A stretch of 64,000 bases of DNA from NCBI GenBank assembly GCA_020137815.1, contig CM035350.1, positions 8,370,001-8,434,000 on the forward strand. The letters are read 5' to 3'. This document shows positions 23,403-39,639 of the stretch, piece after piece. The notes under the pieces were generated by a model, which made no database searches, was not told where the DNA came from, and saw only the letters and a program-made list of their open reading frames with translations. The stretch is from Hormiphora californensis. Lineage: Eukaryota > Animalia > Ctenophora. The position numbers and the translations under genes are program-made. Positions within the stretch are counted from its first letter, which is position 1. Each line of letters begins with the position of its first letter.

Positions 23403-25702
23403 CCCCTCTCTCTTTCTCTCTCTCGATCGACACAAAAGGAACATTGTCTAGCTCATCAGATGGGGACGTCTTCCGGTTTCTCACGTCAGACGTGAATTTC
23501 TAATTTGTCAAAGGATTTGCCCCAACTCCCTCCCACCACTGAATCGATATGTGTCAAACGTCCTATCCTGGCTTTATCATAAAGTTTATGAAGAGAAACA
23601 CTTCAAGTTCATAGGCATCAGTTTATTCAAAAACTCGATCGTCAGTCTCTTGACTAATTAGAAATTCAAAAAATCTAGGAGTCAGGAGTCCTTGTTGTGT
23701 CCTATTGATATATTGTTTAGAAATCCCAAAGTAGCAGGCGTGGAAACCAATTCATCAGCAATTTGTTTATAGGGCTGGCCTGCTGGCACCATGTGCCTTA
23801 CAACAAATCAATTGACATTGATTAGATCTCTAAACATATGCCAATATTTGTTGTGTACGGGGTAAGGGAGTAAGTATGATACACCCCATACTCAACAAGC
23901 CAATATATCAATTCATTTCAATTATCCTCAGGTGAACGGATAGTATGTTGTTCCCATAAGCTGGCCGAGTCATACAGGGAACACGTGACACTCTAGGCCA
24001 TGTTATAGTTTCTGGTGTTGAACCCCTTGACCAGGCTAACATTGTAACACTGTTACGCGGCACTCTTACAACTTATTAAGCTCCAGCTACTCCAATTTGA
24101 CCTTCAAAACCAAAGAGGATTTCCATGCACTTCCCAGTGTAAAAACAAAGTAAAACACACAAGTTTGGTTGCTTGAAAAAAAGAGTGGATTATTAATGGG
24201 TGACGTGCATAACAAATAGCTATATTTTTAAACTCAAATATATGTTATATAAACTTCCAGAGTTTTATTTAACATTTTAAACCTTCTCCGGTTACTAGGA
24301 GAGCACCGCTAGACCATGATAGTAAGGCTCGATAATCGATATATATAGGCTCGAAAAGTTCAGATAACATTTATAAAAGTCATACATTTTTGTCTTGATC
24401 TAAACTTTCCTAGTAATATTACGCTTCCGGCTTCGCTTTGAAATTATTTTTTTCAGATTTCAAGTAATCACCCTGGGTGCAGTAGCAATCCGATGCTCTC
24501 TCGCTCTTTGATTCTTTGAATCCGAATACTCTACTTATATTATATCTTGTCAGGCATCGTGCTGACCGTCACTCTCATGCTTCCTGCGAGCGGAGCGAGA
24601 GAGTGGTCAGTCATTGAGCTGACAGCTTTTATTTCGAAAAACACATCGATTTCAAATCTGATTAAAATTCACAAACCGAAAGGTTAGCGAAAAAAAGCTC
24701 AAACTGAACCCGTATCGTTAAGGAAATTTCTAAACAAAATTTTACAAACTTCTTATCTAGTAGCACACTCTCTAATCTCTCCAATTCCAAATATAACTTT
24801 GTGACACGCGGGATAGTACGTACAGATACACTAGCAAAATATAGCACTCTGGAAAATGCGAGGGTGAACAGTGTAAGACACAAGTAGAAAAACTTTACAA
24901 AATAAAGGCACACTCGCAGGGATATAGTACATGGTGTGTATGTATTTGTTGCTACTTCTAAACCGTGCTTAACAGAAGTGGATAAGTCAGGTTATAAACG
25001 TGGTAAGTGAGTGAACATCGTATAGTAAGGACGGGGCCCCGAGGACATCATGTCTGGTGGCGCCGACCCGATCTGAGCACACTGTTTTGTGAATCAAAAC
25101 TGGGATCTGGCAGCGCCAGACATAGGAAACGGTCCTATCTACATGAATTGTGAGAATAGATATATCTTGACACACGGCCAGATATAGGTTTATATCATGA
25201 TAGTACAATGTACAATTAGTACATACATTGTACAAGGCCTATCATCTCGAAAAAGGAGCTCAATCTTGTTATAAGAAATCTTAAAAATCTCCAAACCCAT
25301 GAAAAGTCACAAAGGTAGACTTTTCTATAAAAAATATCCAATCACATGGCTTCCAACGCAGGGAAATTGAACCACCGTGTATTTCTAGTATTGTACAAAG
25401 GAACTCTCCCTAAAAGCTGCGGGAGGGTGCAGAAATATATAGCAGTAATTTTCTAATGCTAAAACTAAGTACTAACTCGACCAAAATGCCACCTTAATGT
25501 ATCAAGGTCACACACTTCAGTCAATTGTGACGGGTCACTTCTATATTCAGTCCTCTCTTTACACTAACACTAAAGACATGAATTGCGATCGATGCGAGCG
25601 AATTTGAACAAAAATACAAAATCTCTCGTTATTACGTGCAGTTCGAGATACAAACAGTCTCTCTCTCTCTCGTGACATATATTTAGGAGATGATGATACA
25701 CT

Positions 25703-28503
<2,801 letters not shown>

Positions 28504-29629
28504 CTGGGGATGCTGAAATGTTAAATCAGCGTTTACATGAAGGTGTTTTTATGGGGTTACAGCGACACTTTATCCCTGCTGCGATCAACTCCACCAGTGC
28601 AGCAGCAGGGAGGTCAGTGTGTAAAGATATAAAGCATGATAGGTACATAAAAGAACATTCAGTTGTTAATGTTTTTATGACATAAAGAACACATCTCCAA
28701 AGAAACACACAAAAAGCGGTTGGATTTTTATAATACCTTTGCCATGCTGATGTCGTTAGTAAATAGTAGAATGGAGACAACCAGATACCGCTAAACGGAG
28801 CTAAAGCTGAAATACAGTGGGTTAGTGATTGAAAAGTTACTAGAAAAAGATATTGAAATCATTAATATTGCTAAAAAATCGGAGGCTCTGTAAATCTAGC
28901 TGGAGTTGTAATACTACATAGGGCAGGTCTTTAGAAAACCCCTATCTTCCCGAACTAAAGATTCCCAAGCTATGCTCTGAAACGCACATGATTCGTTATG
29001 TGCGAAATCATATGGCGACCATAGGAAAACAATATAGGGTACAACATATATATAATAGCCGGCTGCCTGTTTTAAAACATAGATCTCAAAATATTATTAA
29101 AACATATTATTAAAACATATTATTAAAACATATTATTAAAACATAGATATCAAAATATTAGAAAATCGTAAGGTGGTATTTAAACATTTGAATATCTTAA
29201 AGTAAAGTCAAAACCCAAACAAAGGTTGTGGCATGACTATACCATCAGATTTAAATACTTGAATATCTTTTAGTAAAGGCCAAAGGTTGTGGCATGACTA
29301 TACCATCAAAAGGACAATGGTTATCTATGGGAAGGCACGATTACTTTCTAAACTAACAGGATTATTTTCTAGTACAGAACTCCTGATCAGCCTAACTTCT
29401 TCAAGCACTGCAGCAATGTCACTGTCTTAGATAACTGTCTGCATCTTCCTTTTAAACCCTCTAGAAGCTGGTTAAGTGATCCCCCTGCCCCACTACCCGC
29501 CATCAACTTTGATCACCTACGTAGAAGAATATTTGCTTGACGATTTATACCATTAAACCACTTGACATATATAATATTCAGTGAAAAGCGAATGCTGCCC
29601 TTAGCCCTATAACTGTGTGAGAGAGAGAG

Positions 29630-29679
<50 letters not shown>

Positions 29680-30189
29680 AAGAGAGAGAAAGAGAGAGAG
29701 AGAGAGAGAAGCTGTAGTTGTCGAGACTCGCTTTAAAATGGTCGCAGGTGGTCTTCAGCCGTTTATATTAATAATAATAGAATGAGTATTGAAGTTTCCA
29801 AGATACTGCAAATGTTACTAGGGGTGCTAAACCATCATTGGACTATAATAGAGATGATGCGCTTGGAAACGATAGTATGATCAGGGACTACTGAATAGTA
29901 TAGTAGGAGTTTGATTTATTACTAGCGGTCACTATAATATAGAAGCTGGAGCCTGGATCAGGGTACTAACACCATGGGTACTAAGTAGCCGCGGCAATGG
30001 TCACTATATACCACCGGATAGTTATGTCCTCAGCTGGGTAACTCCCTTTCTGTTATAGTAGTAGCCCGATTTTTTATTGAATTATCAACTGTTATAATTG
30101 TCTCGGAGACAAATCCCTCTAATTAAGCGATGGGCGATGAAGCGGGTCTAATTTGCGGCGGACCCCGAATGAGAAAGGAAGAGAGAGGG

Positions 30190-30261
<72 letters not shown>

Positions 30262-30934
30262 AGAGAGAAAGAGAGATGAAGAAAGATAGACAGAAAGAGA
30301 GGGATCGCAACAAGCATGACATATACTCGGCCAGTGTCTAGGCAATGTAGGCAGGAAGGGAGGGTTCGATCACCACCGGGTGTTCGTCAAAGAGCTGGGC
30401 GCTTCTTATCGGTCCGTCTCTCTTTCACAGCGAGAGGGAAGAAAGGGAGAGAGAGAGAGAGAGCAATCTAACTGAATGAATGCTAGACGGGGATCAAGCT
30501 TCGAGAGAGATGGAGAGCTCCACGAGAATTGGCTGTGTAACAGGGAGAAGTAAAATGTAGCGGGACTCTGCTGCAGATCACCGTGTTGTCTCTAACTCCA
30601 TAGTGAGACACCTAGCACCCCCATGGCACACCGCGAGAGTAGGCTCTATAAGCCCCCCCCCCCCTCTCACAAGCAGGTAAAGAGGAGGTAAGGAGATCTA
30701 ATACTACTAAAACTATGGGAATCTGGGGAGCGAAATCTCTCTCTTTCTCTCTATCATGTGACCGAAAAATGAGGGCTCTTATCAGATCTCCAACATATGC
30801 GTTTTTATAACAACAACGGTCCTTCCCCAAGGAACGCTATAAATTTGTTAGCAGTGAATTCATACTAACGTCAAGTCGTGAAATATGCTTGGTGGCCGAG
30901 GGAGAGAGAGAAAGATAGAGAGAGAAAGATAGAG

Positions 30935-30981
<47 letters not shown>

Positions 30982-31208
30982 TTGAGATAGAGAGAGAGAG
31001 AAGACACGGCAAGGGCTTTAATAGTGGGAAAGTGAAAGATCTAAGGTGCTACGAAAAGGACTCAAGCGAGAGAATGAGCAATGCTTACTGCTACTCTAGC
31101 CCGTGCTACTCTGACCCGGGGAATAACGCGCCACCGCTCAGGGCTACTGGAGAAACTGTCATGGCCAGGCAAGGTCACGTGATACAAGGACGAGAGAGTA
31201 AGAAAGAA

Positions 31209-31272
<64 letters not shown>

Positions 31273-31404
31273 GCTAAGGGGCGGGTGGACCCTAATCAAC
31301 TAGATGTTCGGTCCTCGGGATCCCGGCCCAGGTGCCTGATTGCTCATCGCATCTCTCTCGCTCTCTCCCTTTCTCTTTCCCTCGTTCTCTCTCACTCTCT
31401 CCCA

Positions 31405-31446
<42 letters not shown>

Positions 31447-31801
31447 CCCTCTCTCATTTATCTGTAGCTCTCCATTCTCCTAGAAGGCAGCTCTTATTAA
31501 TTGGGGGTCCGCCCTGCACCGCACGCCTCTCATCACCGCATGCTCAAAACTCCAGCATATATCCCACTATTTAACCTCCTCACATCTCGCAACCATCTCT
31601 CTCAGTACGTAGTCCCCAATCACCTCTCTCTCTACATATTATTAACTTTTTAGGCCGTCTTTTTTCTCGCGAACAAGAGATGAGAACAACAATAGAGCCC
31701 TATAATGCGGCAGTTTAAAAAGCTTAATCACCGCCGTCCGTATAACAAATCGACAGGTGGTGGTATAAGGCGCGGCTATACGTGACGGAGAGAGGGAGAG
31801 A

Positions 31802-31842
<41 letters not shown>

Positions 31843-34017
31843 GAGAGAGAGAGAGAGGTAGAAGAGGAGAGAGAGAAGAGAGAGAGCAAAGAACAGAGGA
31901 GAGCGAGAGAGAGAAGAGAGCTCTCTCATCCTCTGATTCCTCTCATCGCCTTCGACGCTCGAGAGAGCAAGACGACGTCACAGTGGACTGGCACATAGAA
32001 CTGAGTTTTTGGCACGCAGCTTTACTCGATTCCCGTAGGGACCTCACTTCCGTGTAGCATAACGAGTCAGAATTGTCGGTCTAGGCATTATTAATGGAGT
32101 TTGAGGGAGCTAAGAAAGAGAGATATGTAAGAATGGAAGGGAAGCTCACTTTAATAGTGAACCAGAATTGATAAACCCCTCCGCTATTAAATGGGGACTC
32201 AGTTGGTGAAGGGCAATGTAGCAATTCAATATAAAGACATCTGTATACAACAGGGTGTGAACTTCTCAAATTGAATATAGTAAAACCACCTCCCATATTA
32301 ACTACAGAAAGGGAGAAAATGTAGATCGTAGTCTTATTTTACGGGATTCTATTTTAGATCCCACACATCAAATAGAAAAAACGACAGTGGACTTAGATTC
32401 GTACTAAGACACCAAGTCTTCAACAACATAAATCATTTGTGACGGGTATAAAATTAAAGGTTTGGGGATTCCCACCAATATCTAGTATTTAGTACTAGTA
32501 AGGCCCCTTATATAATTAGTAATCAACTATTCAAATTTTCATCTGATACAAGAGTCTCTACTATTATAGATCAAATAGAATATGAAAGTAAAAAACAGCA
32601 GTGACTGTCCCGGGCTGCACTTATAGATATAACCAGGTGAACCGTTACCCATGATAACACAACGGTTTTCTACTCGCGATCTACTATCACTGATCACGCT
32701 AGTGCAACACGCCCGATACTAAGCCATCACGCGAGGTTTAAAATATAACGGTAAGGGGGATCAGATGTTATAAAATCACATCCCCGGACGCCCCGACAGC
32801 TATTATAATCCCTCCCAAGCTGTATAGTAGTAGGAGCCCTTCCTCGCCCTCTTCTTCTCACCTTCTGAAGTTGAGTGGGGAAAATCCATTTCCTGTCCCC
32901 CTCCTCTCCCTCCTCGCCAATTGTTTTGACAACAATTGCGTCTCGCTCCGTGACAAATTGTGTCCCATTTCATTTGTCAGAGACCCATTAGCGTGTCTTG
33001 TAATCTGCAACAAACAATTGGGGTGAGGGGTTAAACAATAGGAGCTGGCAATAGACAGTGTTATATATTGGGGGCAATATATAGACAGACATGTAAAACA
33101 ATTGGAAGGCTGGTCAATTGAAGTGGGGAAAAAGGGTGGCCAACCCTGCATCCTGATCCAGCCAATCCAACTAATCTCTCTACCAATCGAACGATTTCTC
33201 TCTACCAATCGAACGATTTCTCTCCCCACCACTCTTTAGGTATTTTCTACTCCAACCATTATTTCATCCGTTCTGTGATAAAAAGGGGAAGAGAGAGAGA
33301 AAAGAGAGGACTACTGAGAGTGGAGGACGCGGAGAGGCCAATATAGTGTTTTTACCAAACCATGTGTGAAACAAGATCGTGATTTATCCCCCATTCCCCC
33401 CCCCCCCCCCGTTTTATTGCTCATAATGGATAACGAACATGGGGGTCATGGGGCGGACAAGTAGTTGCATTATTCGGAAGATTTCTTTTTTACTAGTTAT
33501 TGTTGCTGTTACTAACAGTGTTAGCGGTTATGGGATTCGCACGTTCGTAAATCTCGACATCTCTCTGCATATGTTTTTCGCCCCTTTCTCTCTCTCTCCC
33601 TGTCCCCCTCTCTCTCTCTCTATCCCTCTCTCTCTCTCTCCTTCGCTCTCTCTATCCCTCTATCTCCCCCTCTCTCTCTCTCTCCCTCCCTCTATCTATC
33701 CCTCCTCTTTCTTTGTTTCTCCCTCACTCTCTCTATCCCTCCCCCTCTCTTTGTTTCTCCCAGGAGCGCACACGTTCCCGCAGAATGACCAACATGAGAA
33801 ATTTGAAAGTTTAAGCATGCAGAACTACATTCCTTGAGCCCTAACACCATTCACATCATTGAACATGATATGGGGGATGGAGAGGGGGGGAATTATGTTG
33901 TCAGCTCGTCCCCCCATCTTTTTATGTACTTGGTGCAGGAGGGTAAGTGGTGGTTCAATTTTTTGGTGAAAACCTCCACCTTGTTCGGCGCCCCCTACCA
34001 TGACATCAACCCAATTA

Positions 34018-34191
34018 CAGTCGGACCCCGATTTATTTACCGGCCACCGGACAAAACCCTTTCCCCGAGCACCCCGGTAAATCCTGACAGGCCAATGCTC
34101 TGATCGCAGTTCTCGCTGCTCGGACGGTAGAAAGAAATGAGAATGGCGTCAGGCCAATGCTCTGACAAGGTAAATCGGGATCCGACGACTG
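34018..34191. mobile_element. Tc1/mariner-like MITE, same family as 15096-15267
   Basis: TA|CAGTCGGACCCCGATTTA ... TAAATCGGGATCCGACGACTG|TA. Confidence 0.7.
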
Positions 34192-35951
34192 TATTTCAGT
34201 TCTTGTTTCTGACATGTGAGATACATGAACCGACCGAAACAAGTAAACAACCAATCAGAATTCGTTATTTAGCTCATGTGACTGGTTATCAGCCAATCAG
34301 GGACCAGTATTTCCTGATTCAGTCGGTTCGATATATACCATGGGTATGTAGGGCGTTACCTTGAATAGAGGCATATTTCTATGTCAACCTAACAATATGA
34401 TATCACTCCGCGGCTAATGTTCTACAAATATGTATGATATATGGCTGGGTATATCATGTCTGGCCACTCGGTGACCCACTGGCCAGTCAATATACCCTGT
34501 CACAAGCGACCACGTGGAGGACAAGTGTCATTTTCTAACCATCCTTTACCATTTGTAAGCGGAGAGAGGGTCGAACAAGGCAAGAGAACAACGTGTTGAA
34601 TCACGTGTTATAGTTGACCAAGATGAGTGTCTTTGTACCTAAATTTGAGATTCTCTCTTCAAGAGAGTACTTTTAGGTTCCGTGGGTGCTCTTGTTATGT
34701 GTTCCTCCGGGGCGCGGTGAGAGAGGGTCGAGAAAGACAAAGGTGCCCCATTCTTTTGGTGGCTTCTTCATTGTAGCGACTAACTGAAATGCATGCCGAG
34801 TGTTATTATATACTAACAATATATAAATTATAAAATAAGTAAGTTGAGAACATGAATCATGCTGCCAGACCAAACCCAAAGAACCGAGACAAACCCCGCA
34901 AAAACAACCTCCAAACCAAACAACCAGCAAACCTCCAAACCTAAACAAGCCTCCAAACCTAAACAAGCAAGACAACTGGCTTGAGGTTGCTCGACAACCG
35001 CTGGCAAGTAAGCTGCCAATTAAAAACTTCAGGCTGCCTGTAATTCATGCAGTCCATTTCCTGTGAAGATCTGTCTGGCGCTGATCAGTGCCGCGCTCAG
35101 ATCGGGTCAGACAGGTGAAGAGGGAAGAACTCTCGCGCGAGGTGAATCACCCCGGAGTCATCGCGCGTTACGCCTGGTGCTGCTAGTCACGATGGGGGGA
35201 CCGGGAAAACAAATAATGATTGAAATACCTGCTACTAAGAGAATGCCAGAATCCCCCAGATGACATTATCCGCCAGACAGACCTGTCATTTCTTGTCCTA
35301 ATAATACATTGAATTAATCAGCTAATAAATTATGGCTCCATTTAAATATTATATCAATATCATGATAATATAAAACAATGTTTCAGCGAATAAACTGGGC
35401 TAAAATTAAAACATGAATTAAGAAAATCTAAACATACAAAGATATCAATCAAAGTGATCAAGTTAGAGAATTGTCTCAACTATCGTGCCCGTAGTGAATT
35501 TGAGTTTTGACCACATCACGTTCAGGTGGATTGCTAAAACTAAAACTCAAGTCCGGTGATTAGCTGATACGCTAAGTATAAATTACAGACCACACCACCG
35601 AACCAGGCCCCGGCACGAAGGGGCTGGGGAGCAGCGATAAGGTAGAATAGAGTATGAAGTAGCCGGACAAGGGTGAAGACTCTAGCAATTACTAGAACAG
35701 TTTGGAGGTCAGCCATTACTCCAGTGGTTGTAGAGAGAAGGAGGAGGGCAATGAAGGGGAGAATGTTCTCTAGATCGTTTAGGTGCGACCTAGGGAGAGA
35801 GATATAATCAATTAGAAGTCCAGTTAGATACTATTCATAAAGTGTGGAAGTGAAACATGGTTCTACTTTGTAGAGTAAACTTGTCTGAACCTGCACAGTA
35901 CACACAGCGTATTATAACAAGGGGAACCACAATACACACTAAGTGTTATAC

Positions 35952-36133
35952 CTTCTAAGACGCTCAATCCACACATCGGTGAATTTAACGACCCCACCAA
36001 AAAACCGGGCATCCTCTTCTGCAACAAACACACCTCGTTTCACACGATTTAAACCGATGATCAGAGGGAATGATGCTAGCTTCAGGAGCAGTACAGCTGA
36101 GTACCATACAGCAGCTTTCACGGTGCCGTCCAT
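35952..36133 (-). CDS. First coding exon of a microsomal glutathione S-transferase 1-like (MAPEG) gene; downstream exons not located
   Basis: 'AAVWYSAVLLLKLASFPLIIGLNRVKRGVFVAEEDARFFGGVVKFTDVWIERLRR' followed by a GT donor; resembles MGST1 TM1 and the FxxxED...VERVRR loop. Confidence 0.7.
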
Positions 36134-36466
36134 GTTGTCTATACCTAACAACAGATCATCAGTTTTAGAGAAAGTGAGGAACTACAGGATAGTTAGTTAT
36201 TAGTTGGTTATTTTTTACATTTTTTAGTTAGTTATTAGCAAATCAATATATCAGCTCTGCTATCCATTTTCCCCTGTCCGGGTAAGAATTAGCTGGGGCG
36301 ATCGTAATAACAGAAAATCTAGATTCTAGGGATGTGCCTTTCTCTCTTTCCCTCTCCAGTCTCCAAGCCTTCTTTTCTCTTTACCCAAGAAATACATATC
36401 TGGCCCGTCGAGAGCCCAACATGTAATTGCTGTCTTTCCTCCCTTTTTGATTTTTAATATTATATG

Positions 36467-36817
36467 ATTAGATGACTGGTTAAAATGGTCTATTACTTTT
36501 TAGTGCACGAGGCCGAAGGCCGAGTGTTCTAAATACAACAATAATGAACCGAGACCGACAGGTCGAGGTAGATCCTTTTACTTAGCTGCCGAGCCTGCGA
36601 GGCACGCTAAGTGTAACTACCGAGCGAGCCTGCGAGCTCTGTAGTTGTACTTTTGGGCCGAGCCTGCGAGGCCTAAAAGTGAAAGAATCTTTAACATTAT
36701 TGTTGTGTAATAGAGCATGTAAAAGCAGTCATCTAATTTTATTAGATGATTTTGGAAACAAACTGAGTGAAAGAGATAAAGATTGAGTGAGAGAGAGAGA
36801 GAGAAAGAGAAAGAGAA

Positions 36818-36912
<95 letters not shown>

Positions 36913-37092
36913 TGTGCAGTAGTCACTACTGCATAGTGCACACGCCCTAACCCTTATCTTTTCTCCCCCTCTGCAACTATAGGTCACGTGATCGTCACGT
37001 GATGGCACCACGCCAATGAGCGTTCTGCATCTGCTTTCCCTCTCTGCCTTCGATTCTCTCTTTTCCTATCTCTCTCTCTCTCACACACACAC

Positions 37093-37170
<78 letters not shown>

Positions 37171-37390
37171 TCTCTCTCTCTCTCTCACTTAATCTTTATC
37201 TCGTTCACTCAGTTTGTAATGTTTGTAATGCTCACACTGTGTGCGTGTGACTAGAAAGTGTCTAATTTTTCACATACCACTGCAACGGTATTTTACTTTA
37301 TAATTACTAGTGTTTTTGCAGTGGTCTAAGTTTTCACAGTACACTGTAACCGGTGGTCACGGTGTACTGTGAAAACTTAGATAACCGGTT
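36467..37390. mobile_element. Cluster of small palindromic non-autonomous elements
   Basis: ATTAGATGACT...AGTCATCTAAT inverted pair enclosing CGAGGCCGAAGGCCGAG-type mini-hairpins; a ~470-bp inverted repeat with (GA)n/(TC)n arms (~36758-37216); a hairpin at ~37325-37381. Confidence 0.55.
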
Positions 37391-37689
37391 AAAATTGTCT
37401 AATATGTAATATTATCCTACTAAATCTATCTCTACATGTATAAATCTTCCCTCTAGCTACCTCTATACCTCGGTATTTCCAATAGTATCTGCCACTCATA
37501 TTGGTGACGCAGTTACCCTTACAACTCCGGAACAACTCCTGCACATAGTACAGCAAAACGAGGCCCGCGACGCGACTGTGCCACCAACCAATCTTCCCCA
37601 AATCTCGTATCGTCCCACACACTGCTATGAGCTTCCCTGAATAACATGTTTATATCCCGTATTGTCTTTTAGTGCATTTTAGTGAGGGG

Positions 37690-37970
37690 AAGAGCTCTTA
37701 TTGGTGTCTGAGACAAGCAAAAGTGAAACGAAATGAAACGTAACGAACGAGTCAAAGTTTCCTCGTCTGAACAGTTGCAAATGTCAATGGGAAGTTGATT
37801 CCAGATCCTCGGGCCTGAAACTTGAAATGCACGCTGTGTGGTTTTGTACTTGGTTGAAAAATCCCTTTCGGCTTTCCAAAAGGGTCAGATCACCGACCAA
37901 AATGGATGTATTGTTAGCGATCAGAAATGGAAGATTTTAACATTGCCCAGTATCGGTTTGTTGTTTCACG
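37690..37970 (-). mobile_element. Degraded L2-type LINE 3' fragment
   Basis: Minus frame reads TQRAFQVSGPRIWNQLPIDICNCSD, the typical L2/CR1 ORF2 C-terminal RAFSxxGPxLWNxLP motif. Confidence 0.65.
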
Positions 37971-37975
37971 AGCGT

Positions 37976-38217
37976 GATTATAATCTGGGTGCCTTGCAGC
38001 CAATACCAAAAAGAGTACTGCACTTGGACAGACTTTTTTCAAACGGCTATGGCCATGCAACCACCTGGCCGATTTGAGTAACCTAAACGGTATCTGATAG
38101 AAAATCGATAGCGCTAACCGATAACCCCAAACCAGACCCAAACCAGACCCTAACAACAGCCCTAACCCGTCTAGACTGACTAGACCGCCAAAAACGCGAA
38201 GGCACCCACATTTTTAA
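37976..38217. mobile_element. ~240-bp mini-element with imperfect TIRs and degenerate CCCTAA array
   Basis: TTATAATCTGGGTGCCTTGC...GCGAAGGCACCCACATTTTTAA; related to 45504-45740 (inverted) and 9484-9608 (partial). Confidence 0.65.
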
Positions 38218-39639
38218 AACTTTTTCCTTTTTTTCTCAAGCAAAATTTTTTTTTGGGAAAGCCGGGTTGACCGGTTCAACTTTATATAAGAAATAAATCA
38301 GGTTACACAATCACTATATACACATTAAATTGGTCATTAGGACTATAAAAGTAATAAGTTAGATTATAAGGTTAAAATCATTGTCATAAGAATTAAATCG
38401 GGTAAAACAGTTTCCTCTGTACCCCCTTATTGATATCAGTATAGTCTTCAGCAGACAAAATGAAAGGCGAAGCCGGATATAGCGGATGGAGTCGCTGTAG
38501 GTGTGGCCTGTTTTGTTGGATAGAAGGGTTGCGGCCCGTTTGTAAAAAACTTCCGCTTTAGGACCCATCAGGCCTGTAGTAGAGAACACAAGCGGCATGA
38601 AAGTCGCCTTTTCTACCTGTATTACACGGTCGTTATAGTTCCGGATCTTCTCCTGTTCGTGTCTACGAAAAGTGTCATCCACGGACTGGCGGTTGTTAGT
38701 GGGTGCCAAAGAGTTGAAAACCCTTATATCCGTGTAAACCTTGTCGAGCGGGCTCCACACACCTCTGGCCGAGACGTCAAGTCGGGCACTGTTCTCAGTG
38801 ATTGTTGAACGATAGTTGAACGTCTCGCCGGAGATGGGAAGGAGCTGAGGCTCGACTTCAACATCCTTACACCCAGCCTCGAGTAGAATATTAGCAGTCA
38901 GGTCCCTGATGTTATTGTGGCGCATATACACGTACCCGCCAAGAGCGCATGATAAGCAATGTTCAAGGGTATTGACCTTTCCACAGGCACAGGACAGGGG
39001 AATGTTTTGGAATGGCAGATTGTATCTGAGAAGAAGGGCGTCATGAAACTGCTGTTTGTTTAGTACAAAACCGTGTTCCTTTAGAGGGAGGGCGGTTAGC
39101 CAACTAGAAGCGCCACGTGAGGAAATTTCATCAAAGAGCCGTCTCTCGTTTTCAGGTATATTACCGCAGGCACTTTCCTTTTCGGTAGATTGGATCTTAC
39201 GCTTTTTCTTGACAACGTCGGACTTGGCCTCCTTGGAGTCGGAGATAAATCTGCCGGCTCGTTCGTCATCAATAGACAATCGCTGTTCAAGTATCAGTTC
39301 CTTCAGAGGAGCGGTGGCCTGGGTAGAGTTGGAGAACTCAGCCTCAGCTTGAGATGGGGTAATGTGAATGCCGAGGCCTCCGTCCCTCGAGGGAAGAGCA
39401 AACACGGACCGTAGATGTTGTGGTAAATTAGGACCAAGTAATGCTGGGATAAAAGAGTTCGATATAGCCTCCTCAAGGGGGTCAAAAAGATTACCGATGT
39501 CCGATGTGGTACGCATAAGAAACAACCATTTTTTCGATAAACCCATTGAGTAACCACTATATGCACATTGGGGTTCAGAGAGGGCGATGGCAGACAACAA
39601 CTCCACCTGTATACACCATTCGTCAACCTTCCCAGACAC

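Noticed and set aside
35210-35270. Minus-frame 'CHLGDSGILLVAG' as MGST1 exon 2
   Set aside because: There is no AG acceptor in the required phase and the conserved N-D-x-E-N residues are missing.
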